NCBI GenBank assembly: GCA_030390025.1
Contig: CM059432.1
Coordinates: 31,560,001 to 31,624,000, forward strand
Direction: 5' to 3'
Length of the DNA stretch: 64,000 nucleotides
Origin: Squalus acanthias
Taxonomy: Eukaryota
A program made the translations under genes and the position numbers. This document shows positions 54,701 to 61,697 of this stretch, piece after piece. The notes below the pieces were generated by a model. That model saw only the letters and a list, made by a program, of their open reading frames with translations. It ran no database searches and was not told the origin of the DNA. How positions within the stretch are numbered: position 1 is the first letter of the stretch; every line of letters begins with the position of its first letter.

Positions 54701-57133
54701 AAAGAGGGCAGGAGAGAGAGGGCGAGAGAGAGCGAGGACGAGAGAGGGCAAGAGAGAGGGCGAGCACGAGGGCGAGTGAGAGAGTGCGAGAGAGAGAGGG
54801 CGAGAGAGAGGTCGAGAGAGAGAGGGCGAGAGAGAGAGGACGAGAGAGAGAGGGCGAGAGAGGGCGAGAGAGAGAGGGCGAGAGAGAGAGGCGAGAGAGA
54901 GGGCGAGAGAGAGAGGGCGAGAGAGAGAGGGCGAGAGAGAGAGGGCGAGAGAGAGAGGGGCGAGAGAGAGAGGGCGAGAGGGCGAGAGCGAGGGCGAGAG
55001 AGAGGGCGAGAGAGAGGGCGAGAGAGAGAGGGCGAGAGAGAGGGCGAGAGAGAGGGCGAGAGAGAGGGCGAGAGAGAGAGGGCGAGAGAGAGGGCGAGAG
55101 AGAGGGCGAGAGAGAGAGGGCGAGAGAGAGGGCGAGAGAGAGGGCAAGAGAGAGGGCGAGAGAGAGGGCGAGAGAGAGGGCGAGAGAGAGGGCGAGAGAG
55201 AGGGCGAGAGAGAGAGGGCGAGAGAGGGCGAGAGAGAGAGGGCGAGAGAGAGGGCGAGAGAGAGGGCAAGAGAGAGGGCGAGAGAGAGGGCGAGAGAGAG
55301 AGGGCGAGAGAGGGCGAGAGAGAGAGAGAGGGCGAGAGAGAGAGGGCAAGAGAGAGGGTGAGAGAGAGAGGGCAAGAGAGAGAGGGCGAGAGAGAGAGGG
55401 CGAGAGAGAGAGAGAGAGGGCAAGAGAGAGAGAGGGCAAGTGAGAGAGAGAGAGGGCAAGAGAGAGCGGGCGAGAGAGAGAGAGGGCGAGAGAGAGAGAG
55501 AGGGCAAGAGAGAGAGAGAGGGTGAGAGAGGGCGAGAGAGAGAGAGGGCGAGAGAGAGAGAGGGCGAGAGAGAGAGGGCGAGAGAGAGGGCGAGAAAGAG
55601 AGCGAGGGCAAGAGAGAGCGGGCAAGAGAGAGAGAGAGGGCGAGAGAGAGAGGGCGAGAGAGAGAGAGGGCAAGTGAGAGAGAGAGAGGGCGAGAGAGAG
55701 CGGGCGAGAGAGAGAGGGCAAGAGAGAGAGGGCAAGAGAGAGACGGGAGAGAGAGAGAGGGCAAGAGAGAGAGAGAGCGAGAGAGAGAGAAGGTGAGAGA
55801 GGGCGAGAGAGAGAGGGCAAGAGAGAGGGCGAGAGAGAGGGCGAGAGCGAAAGAGCGAGAGAGAGCATGAGAATTCAAACAATAATCAGAGTTGTCACTA
55901 CTAATTGCATTAGAATGAATACTTAAAGGAAAATTGACCATTTAATCTTTAATGTTATGCTTATACAGCCTTTGCCTGCTGCTCCTAATTTATAGCCTCA
56001 AGTTACTCTCACATTGTAATCAACATTGCATCATGCCAGCTCAAAATGCACTCTCCAGAGACATCTCAGGCTGGGAGAGAAAATTATAATTGTTCATTAA
56101 GTGAACCTAATACATGGGGGCCCACCTCCTCAAGGGCCATTAGGGATGGGCAATAAATGCTGGCCTTGCCAGTGACGCCCACATGCCATGAACAAATTTA
56201 TTTTTTTAATTCCTAGAGGCAGTAGGTAAGTGCAAAGCAGGTGGATCTCCCTTGGGGCAGAGCATGAATCTGCTGGGTTTCAGCCCCATGCAACCTGTAG
56301 CCCAAACTCAGTGTGGGGTGAATGGGGAATGTAGGCAAGTCATCTGCTCCCATGACTAGATGAGGCAGGAGCATCGATTAGCTCTGTTGTGTCTTGACTG
56401 GCATGGGCATAACAATGGAAATAACCATGTGCCAATTTGATACAGGGTTAACAGCAGGGTATAGTAGCGAACAGAGTGCTACCCCTGTGCACTTGGAGGG
56501 GTGGAGTAGGGCGTCAGGATTTTCGTTCCCAGGATCATTTAAATGATCTTTACTCTTTAATGAAATCCTAGTAATAAAACTAGTAGCATCTTCTTTAGGG
56601 CATACTTTATGTTTTTTTAACACAAGTGCCTTCACCCATACACCACCGGGACCCCATTTCTCCAACTCCCTGTTGTGTAGTCGAAGGGCCCACTGCACCT
56701 AGGTTTCCCATCTTTTATAAGTCCAAAACCGGATGAAAAGAAAGCATTAAACAAAAAGCACTGTGCACATGCATAACATGGCTCTGTTCACAACCAGCTA
56801 GGTAACCGCCGTAATGGCACCCAGGGAAAAAACAAAACAAAACAGGCCACTGAGACCCACAAGAAAGGTTAGGATAAAGAAGGCATTTTGGCCCATTTGA
56901 TCTCTTCCAGAATACCTACCCTTTGCTTTCAAAAAGTAGACATAATGAGCCAAATCACCTCCCTCTGTGCTATAACCTCTACAGTTCTATCTTCCCATTA
57001 CAGCATCTAACAGTTTCCTAAATGACTTGTTTCTCTTTCGGACGCTGACTAGGCTGTGTGTTCCCAGTAAGTACTGGTTTTGTTTTACAAGTTTGAAAAT
57101 AAATGAAGGAGACAGAAGGATTTACTTACCCAT
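1058..57133 (-). CDS. MAP3K3-like: MAP3K3/MEKK3-like kinase gene (MEKK2/3 family), coding exons 1-10; gene continues past the left edge of the window
   Basis: Exons of 4+95+41+100+114+112+134+74+62+93 nt have compatible phases and join to [111 protein letters not shown]...[65 protein letters not shown]...AKSYPD...[22 protein letters not shown]. This is colinear with the MEKK3/MEKK2 N-terminal half as recalled. Exact orthology is not established. Confidence 0.92.
1381..2048 (+). mobile_element. 5'-truncated LINE 3' end (CR1/L2 superclade, Crack/Daphne-like)
   Basis: RT C-terminal peptide [28 protein letters not shown]...YS..AW, frameshifted; 3' end AATAAATGCTGGCCTTGCCAGC plus A tail; near-identical copies elsewhere in the window. 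Confidence 0.85.
3437..5178 (-). mobile_element. PIF/Harbinger-derived element with a decayed Myb/SANT gene
   Basis: Flanked by TTA/TTA; imperfect TIR (GGGGGGAATTTT / AAAATCCAGCC); minus-strand [15 protein letters not shown] at about 4680-4730. Confidence 0.65.
5488..6318. mobile_element. MITE with G-rich internal repeats
   Basis: Termini GGCCTGAATTTT / AAAATTGTCCCT; possible TSD GAT; same family as 59352-60699 in the opposite orientation (CCTGCCCACTTCCGGTTTTAACGGAGGCGGGA). Confidence 0.7.
7665..9660 (+). mobile_element. L2-clade LINE, 5'-truncated ORF2 (RT) with frameshifts
   Basis: Peptides [42 protein letters not shown] (YADD-like), [10 protein letters not shown]; ends in a (GTT)n tail. 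Confidence 0.9.
12215..12560 (-). mobile_element. Deu-domain SINE (internally deleted)
   Basis: Reverse complement of the same SINE: B-box GGTTCAAGTCCC, TAAAAGATCCCATGGCACTATTTCGAAG and an L2-like tail. Confidence 0.75.
13999..14060 (-). CDS. MAP3K3-like exon 9 ([20 protein letters not shown])
   Basis: aatcacag|C...G|gtaaga, 62 nt; phase 2 to 1; AKSYPD corresponds to MEKK2/3 RAQS(Y/F)PD. Confidence 0.85.
15350..16330 (+). mobile_element. PIF/Harbinger-derived fragment with an intron-containing Myb/SANT pseudogene
   Basis: TIR-like start [22 protein letters not shown]...(stops)...[21 protein letters not shown]|gtgaat, then intron, then ttgcag|..KVAHN..QMGG. Confidence 0.7.
16793..16866 (-). 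CDS. MAP3K3-like exon 8 ([25 protein letters not shown])
   Basis: ccacag|GTG...AG|gtagat, 74 nt; matches MEKK3 [25 protein letters not shown]. Confidence 0.93.
17932..17970 (-). ncRNA. Minimal type I hammerhead ribozyme (mirror copy, sense to the host pre-mRNA)
   Basis: Exact reverse complement of 18699-18737. Confidence 0.78.
18699..18737 (+). ncRNA. Minimal type I hammerhead ribozyme (PLE-associated)
   Basis: TTCAC-CTGAGGA-A-GGAGC(GATA)GTTCC-GAAA-GC-TT-GTGA: CUGANGA and GAAA core boxes, 5-bp stem II, stem I TCAC/GTGA, palindromic AAGCTT stem III. Confidence 0.8.
20578..21421. mobile_element. Harbinger-type MITE
   Basis: 12-bp TIR GGGCTGGATTTT; 3-bp TSD AAA. Confidence 0.8.
21511..21703. 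mobile_element. Short hairpin MITE
   Basis: About 55-bp imperfect arms: GGGGTAATTTC...GATAGTG.AAAACAGGC.ATAT.GGATCAGC and their reverse complement. Confidence 0.7.
21790..22118 (-). mobile_element. Same LINE family, 3' fragment
   Basis: Reverse complement of part of 1381-2048 ([26 protein letters not shown]). Confidence 0.8.
22314..22447 (-). CDS. MAP3K3-like exon 7 ([45 protein letters not shown])
   Basis: ccacag|GT...AAC|gtaagg, 134 nt; hallmark RSSPPPG and [16 protein letters not shown] motifs. Confidence 0.95.
22610..23082 (+). mobile_element. CR1 3' fragment
   Basis: [16 protein letters not shown] and the CR1 3' UTR. Similar fragments lie at about 2352-2500(-), 2678-2960(-), 6550-7040(+), 32140-32470(+), 35065-35350(-), 36270-36650(+), 50830-51235(-) and 62745-63205(+). 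Confidence 0.8.
24456..25257. mobile_element. Harbinger-type MITE inserted in CR1
   Basis: TIR GGGCTGGATTTT; TSD ATT; removing it rejoins the CR1 frame (LNKY-I-VSVFT); its right end is the reverse complement of the left end of the 20578 MITE. Confidence 0.85.
26519..26822 (+). mobile_element. Penelope-like element, short copy with inverted arm, inserted in CR1 ORF2
   Basis: TSD TACAATTATACAGG at 26505-26518 and 26823-26836. 85-bp inverted arms at 26557-26641 and 26737-26821. Same GGAGATGCCGGTGTTGGACTGGGGTGGACAAA tail as the 17849 copy. Confidence 0.87.
26727..26768 (+). ncRNA. Minimal type I hammerhead ribozyme
   Basis: TTCAC-CTGAGGA-A-GGGGC(CACGTAA)GCTCC-GAAA-GC-TT-GTGA. Confidence 0.78.
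30771..30882 (-). CDS. MAP3K3-like exon 6 ([37 protein letters not shown])
   Basis: ctgacag|GTG...ACAG|gtgagc, 112 nt; phase 0 to 1 fits both neighbours; SKSMGD and RKLS resemble MEKK3 SQSAGD and RHLS. Confidence 0.85.
30950..31150. mobile_element. Old, degenerate palindromic element, probably a second PLE-derived family with a decayed hammerhead
   Basis: Imperfect inverted arms (TCAGCATCTGA...AGGTTAA / TTAACCT...TCAGATGCTGA and TGCTGGAAAT / ATTTCCAGCA) flank GTT-CTGATAA...GAAA-TATT-AAC. Confidence 0.5.
31405..31830. repeat. Degenerate tandem repeat, about 75 bp period
   Basis: Recurring GGAATTAC..AGCC.GAC.GTGTGA.GGAGC.GGATTAACAA at about 31409, 31483, 31561, 31705 and 31788. Confidence 0.55.
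32715..32828 (-). CDS. MAP3K3-like exon 5 ([38 protein letters not shown], end of PB1)
   Basis: atatag|CTT...CAT|gtgagt, 114 nt; carries the LDKA...SSMKSLRI motif of the MEKK3 PB1 domain. Confidence 0.92.
34016..34115 (-). CDS. MAP3K3-like exon 4 ([35 protein letters not shown]1)
   Basis: ttttaaaag|G...GAG|gtacat, 100 nt; homologous to MEKK2 [13 protein letters not shown]...AFGQSMDLHYTNNE. Confidence 0.93.
34943..34983 (-). CDS. MAP3K3-like exon 3 ([14 protein letters not shown], start of PB1), GC donor
   Basis: tttttgcag|AGT...AAAAG|GCAAGT, 41 nt; homologous to MEKK3 SDVRIKFEHNGERR; phase 2 fits the next exon. Confidence 0.9.
36650..37090 (+). mobile_element. Same LINE family, 3' fragment
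   Basis: [35 protein letters not shown]...HHHLLKG and the shared 3' UTR. Confidence 0.85.
38292..38553. mobile_element. Tc1/pogo (Tigger-like) MITE
   Basis: TA TSD; TIR CAGTAAACTC...CGGCAC (about 25 bp, imperfect). Confidence 0.8.
38889..41008 (+). mobile_element. CR1-clade LINE 3' part with nested MITE (39749-40642) and a templated insertion (39279-39397)
   Basis: [43 protein letters not shown] tail at about 41000. Confidence 0.92.
39749..40642. mobile_element. GC-rich MITE (GGGGTA.AAATT TIR) inserted in CR1
   Basis: Terminal GGGGGTAGAAATT / AATTTTTACCCC interrupts the CR1 at E-T-Y-K-I; related to 52704-53360. Confidence 0.75.
41738..41832 (-). CDS. MAP3K3-like exon 2 ([32 protein letters not shown])
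   Basis: tttcccag|AT...CAG|gtaaga, 95 nt; matches the MEKK3 start [11 protein letters not shown]. Confidence 0.93.
42356..44580. repeat. CpG/G-rich minisatellite, 20-bp unit GGGAGGGTCAGT(C/G)GATCGCG, about 100 copies
   Basis: Direct tandem repetition with variable G-run length. Confidence 0.97.
45040..45900 (-). mobile_element. L2 3' fragment interrupted by a Crack-like LINE piece, itself interrupted by a CR1 tail
   Basis: Minus-strand [22 protein letters not shown]. The L2 resumes at about 45798 after the insert at about 45405-45797; the CR1 tail is at about 45484-45640. Confidence 0.7.
46465..49938. mobile_element. Harbinger-type MITE hosting the nested CR1 pair
   Basis: TIR GGCC(A/C)GGATTTTGC; TSD ATG; the CR1 block is flanked by CATTC repeats (46736-46740, 49451-49455). 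Confidence 0.7.
46745..49450 (-). mobile_element. Two nested CR1 LINEs (copy B at about 47213-49020 inside copy A)
   Basis: Minus-strand peptides [49 protein letters not shown]. Copy A rejoins across B (cattcttgt|aaatcttttctgcacc). Confidence 0.88.
51414..52177. mobile_element. Harbinger-type MITE
   Basis: 17-bp perfect TIR GGGCCAGAAATTCGGCT; CpG-rich ends and AT-rich core. Confidence 0.8.
52704..53360. mobile_element. GC-rich MITE related to 39749-40642
   Basis: Shares GCGCCTCCCGTTAGCGCC and ATGACGTCA subterminal motifs; termini GGGAGAAAAATT / AATTTTTCCCCC. Confidence 0.7.
54590..55866. repeat. Purine-rich compound microsatellite [(GA)n GGC/GGCA]
   Basis: About 1.27 kb of GAGAGAGAGGGC-type units. 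Confidence 0.97.
57130..57133 (-). CDS. MAP3K3-like coding exon 1 (ATG G); the exon extends as 5' UTR to an acceptor at about 57215
   Basis: Minus strand reads agc ATG G|GTAAGT. It supplies the G that completes GAT (Asp2) with the next exon, the same M-D split recalled for MAP3K3. Upstream is a polypyrimidine acceptor, ttcttgtttgttcag|cag. Confidence 0.8.
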
Positions 57134-58303
57134 GCTTACTGTCAACATCAGGACAAGCTTTCTGTGAGTCAAAGTAGCAAATTCTGGGCTATCTTCCCAT
57201 CATGAGGTCACCCTGCTGAACAAACAAGAAAGTATATATATTTATTAATACAGTACAGCACATAAAGCAACATCTTGTTTAAAAGAATGCTTATCAATGT
57301 ATTTGTTCAAAAGAAAGATTTTTATTTTAAGAATGAATCTATTTTTAGAGAATTTTCATCAATATTGCATGTTGTAATATGGATTTTAAGCCAATGTGAG
57401 AGATGTTAGTGTTGGGGAAGGGAGCCCTTTTCAGTTACTGGTAGCTCAGGGATAGCACAGTTAGATGTAAAGTTCCTTGTACCTCCTACCTCATACTGTA
57501 GAGCGGTAGCTTCAGGTTCAGTCAGCCGTATGACCCTACTCCTCATCTGACAGGTAGGAGGTGACCAGAGCTAGCAGGAAATAGTTCAGCCACTAAATAT
57601 TCTTGTGTCATTGTATAAAAGAGGAGCAGGGGATGAGAAGGGAGAGAAAGCACTCCATCTCATCAAAGATGGGGATTAACATTCAAAGATCAGTGAGGTC
57701 TCCCAGTGTTCTGGTCAACATTTCTCCTTCAAACAATACCACCAAAAAGCAGATTAACTGGTCATTTGTCTCACTGGTAGTTGTGTGGCAATGTTGGAGC
57801 AGAATGGTGTGTTAAAAACAGTCACTTCACTACATGAAGTGTTTTGAGACATTTCAAAGATACGATAAAGCAATGTCAATACAAGAATTATTATCCAATA
57901 TTTTAGTTAATATGGGAACGCAGCATGAAACATGAGGAAGGGGAGAGGCAGCACCACGAATTCTTAGAATATCGATTCAAATGTACACTGTGCGTCATTT
58001 ATACAAATTCACACTCCCAGACAAGTTTCTCCCAGCAGGAATGCGTATCGAGAATTTAGGCGTGAAGGTCAGTGGGCACAATGGGATATACAGTCATTTT
58101 GATTTTAAAATTTTATTCTTATAAATGCAAGGAACATCACCAGATCCCCATTGGCGTAATGTAGTAAGGGCACTGGCCGGTGCAGCACTAAGCCGTGGGG
58201 ACCGGGAAAGTTCTAGGTTCCATCAGTGGACTGTGCTGATCTCAGTTGGAGCAGTAATTGCTATGCTACAATTAGCTTCAGTGCCCTGAACTAGATTGGA
58301 GGA

Positions 58304-58462
58304 TAGTAGCCATGATGTGGAGATGCCGGTGTTGGACTGGGGTGGACAAATGTGAGAAGTCGCACAACACCAGGTTATAGTCCAACAGTTTTATTTGAAA
58401 TCACGAGCTTTCGGAGCGCTGCTCCTTCGTCAGGTGAAGTGAAGAGGTGTTGTGCGACTTCT
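58304..58462 (-). mobile_element. Penelope-like element, minimal copy (hammerhead plus tail plus 17-bp inverted end)
   Basis: TSD TAGATTGGAGGA at 58292-58303 and 58463-58474. Same tail and pLTR sequence as the other two copies. GGTGTTGTGCGACTTCT at the right end inverts 58355-58371. Confidence 0.85.
58401..58438 (-). ncRNA. Minimal type I hammerhead ribozyme with C at the cleavage position
   Basis: Minus strand TTCAC-CTGACGA-A-GGAGC(AGC)GCTCC-GAAA-GC-TC-GTGA. Confidence 0.8.
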
Positions 58463-59351
58463 TAGATTGGAGGAAGGGAAGAGGAAAAAAAATCAGTCAG
58501 GATTTCTGCTCTTGATGGTAACCCTGCCTTGCCTGCTGGAAAGCCCATGGGGTGGGGGGGGGGGGACTTACCCACTCGCTTGCCGCCCTAATCTGGCCGA
58601 CTGCAATTTTAAGTTGCAGGCAGCAAGAACACCTGCTGGAAGCCGGCGGAGTCCTTCTTTAAATATGCAGATCAAGCTCCGGCGACGTTGTCGTGGACCA
58701 ACTGCTATTTTTATCAGGGGCCTGAGCAGCGGAGGTTTCCCCGCCAGGCCAAAGCTGTCAGGAGCTGTATCAAGTGCCGGAAGAGGTCCAGTAAGGAAAT
58801 TTTCTTCAATTTATTTGAAGTTTCCTTGTGGGCCAGGAGTAGCAGTCCAAGCCCCACAAGGAAACCTTGAGCCTTCCCTGCCCCAGACTTCTCCACCCCG
58901 ACCACCCCCGATTCCCATCCTGAGCTGCTCTGATCCACTTACCCCTGGTCTCCAGCAGTGACCTCTGAGCTGCCCAATTTTAACAGCCAGGCAGTCGTTT
59001 CCCACCAACTTCCCAGCCGTTTTGGTAGGGATGTTGGCAAGCGGCAAACAATCGGTCGAGCCTCCCGGTTACCGCTCCCAGACGAGCTAGCTGCTCATTG
59101 GGCCACGTTCCAGCCCCGTAGTTAAAATCAACCCCCCATGTGTATGTAGACTGGGTGTGGTGGACTCCATAGCTGAACAATCTGCAAACACATCTCCTTT
59201 GATGCCATTTAATCAGACATTCTGTTTCTATTCCTGGATTTTAAGAAACAAAAACTTTGTTGGAATGTGTAATAGGCTTAGCTTAGTAACTTTTAAAATA
59301 AGAATAAGTAAGATTAAATTATTGTAAAGCTCCCTCTATCTGCAAACACAT

Positions 59352-60699
59352 GGGGGAGAATTTTAACCACGAAAAATGGGTGGGCTTGGAGCATGGGGGT
59401 AGTTAAATTGTTAAAAATGGGATTTCCAACCTGAACACGCCTCCAACCTGCCCACTTCCGGTTTTAACGGAGGCGGGACAGTGTGGGGGGGGGAGGACGA
59501 CCAATCTGCTCCCAGGGGACGGAACGTCAATTTAAATATTATAATGAGGCTGGAAGCCTCTTTTTAACCTCCTGGATCCAGGGTCCTTACCTAACCCACC
59601 CCCCTGATCAGAGACCCCTCTCCCCCCAGCACCTCCCACCCCCCGGCTCCCAACGTGGCCTCTGATCGCCTTCCCAGGACTCCCCCACCCAGGCCTCAAC
59701 CCCCGCCCCCCCCCCCCGACCCCCCCAACGATGATGCTGAGGCCAGCCACGATCCTCGGTGGCCGGCCCTGATCTTCTCTCTCCACCCCCCATCTCTACC
59801 TGACCTCCCCCCCACCCCCCCCACGATTCCTTTTAACGGCACGGCCCGATCCCCGGCTGACCACCCGCTGATCCTTTCCCCGGCCCCAATCCCCAGTCCT
59901 CCTACCCACAACCCCCCCCTACCCCGCCCCAATCGTCTGCCCAGCCCGATCCCCGATCCTCTCTCCCCCCCACCCTCTGATCCTTTCCCCGGCCCGATCC
60001 CCAGTCCTCTCTACCCCCCCCCGCCCCACCCCAATCATCTGCCCGGCCCGATCCCCGATCCTCTCTCCCCCCCACCCTCTGATCCTTTCCCCGTCCCCGA
60101 TCCCCAGTCCTCTCTACCGCCCCCCCCCCCCCCCCCCCACCCCACCCCAATCGTCTGCCCGGCCCGATCCCCGACCCTCTCTCCCCCCCCACCCTCTGAT
60201 CCTTTCCCCGGCCCGATCCCCAGTCCTCTCTACAACCTCCCCCCCCGCCCCACCCCAATCGTCTGCCCGGCCCGATCCCCGATCCTCTCTCTCTCCCCCC
60301 CCACCCCCGGATCCTTTCCCTGGCCCCGATTCCCGGTCCTCTCTTTAACCCCCTTCCCGTTCTTCTGCCCGGCCCAATCCCCTCTCCCCCACCCACCCCC
60401 GATCCATTGACCAGCCCTCGATCCTCTCTCCTCCCCCCCCAACCCCGATCGATTGCTCGGTCCGCGGTCCTCACGCAAACCCTCCCTTACTGCTCCGTGC
60501 GGCCGCAAACCTACCCGCCCGCAGCCAGCCAGCCTCTCAATCTGGCTTGCTGCGGGCGGGAATCCGAGGCCTCGCATTGAAATCAGGCCCTGCCATTAAG
60601 GTCTGCTGGGCCTGCGGGAAACCCAAACTCCCGGGTTTCCCGACCGCATCAGAGCCGCCCCCCGCCCCCAACACATCTTCCCCCAGAAAATTCCAGCCC
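59352..60699. mobile_element. MITE with an expanded internal C-rich tandem repeat (about 100-115 bp period)
   Basis: Termini GGGGGAGAATTTT / AAAATTCCAGCCC; units CCCAATCGTCTGCCCGGCCCGATCCCCGATCCTCTCTCCCC repeated about four times in 59880-60420. Confidence 0.72.
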
Positions 60700-61697
60700 T
60701 ACTGTCTGGGCTCAAATGGCCGGTTAGGCCAGTTACCAGAATGCTGCTGTGTGCATAGAACTTGGATGAGCCATTGCCTTCAGGGTGTGGAAAAAAGTCT
60801 GGGGGAGGAACAAATCCTGATTTTTTTTTTTTAAATTGAGAATTTATTTTTGTAGATCTCATTTTAGTTTCCATCCGTTTTCAAGCGAAATTGACATGAG
60901 TAATCCACATTTATGCAGTAATTCCGCAGAACTTCCTGAACTGTCAACCACAGAGACTGTCTTAGACAACAGCTATGCAGAGATAGGGCTTCAGTGTAAC
61001 ACTGCAGGACCTCTAGACAGAAAGACCAACAAGAAAAAACACTCACACTCAGTACTTAATAGGGTTGATTTTAACTAGAGGCAGGAGTCGTGTGAGCGGG
61101 GAGGGGCTATAAGGAGATTACAAACTGTCCGGATCTCCGCAGCATAGGTCCCGCCCGAACATGGCAGGAAGCAGGATGTCAGGCAGCAGGAGGCTGCTGC
61201 CGGGGACCTGGAAGAACAGTCTCAGGTAAGTGGTTGCGAGGTGGGGTCAGGACAAAATTGAGGGAGGGTGTGAAGCCCCAGACAGGGCTACCCAAGGGTT
61301 CCTTGAGCGGCCCGGAGGATCACCCCTGCTCCTCCTTGCCCACAAGGAAACTATTAAAGAAAAACATCCACTATAGTCCTACAAGAGGCTGTTGGAGCTG
61401 AGTCAATCACTGAACTGTTTATGATTCCATTAGTCTCTCCATAGATTAACAAGAATTCAGTTAAGAAAGATGGAAATATTGGCCCACAGTTAAAAACTAC
61501 TGGCAAACCAACATAATAGAAACTAAATATATACTATTCCCTGTGCCGTATACACATATGAGCAGTTCCAGAAGTTAATAGCTGAGACGCTGTACATGAA
61601 GCTCCCTTACATAGTGGAGCACAGTACAATGGAACCTCATTCTTCAGTTCTGTCAGATAGGTCCTTTGGTTACTCACATTGGTCTCAGTCCAGTAGG

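Noticed and set aside
54426..55941. Long LS- and ER-repeat ORFs
   Set aside because: Translation of a GA-rich microsatellite.
59655..60577. Proline-rich 251-aa ORF and antisense Gly/Arg ORFs
   Set aside because: C-rich internal repeats of a MITE.
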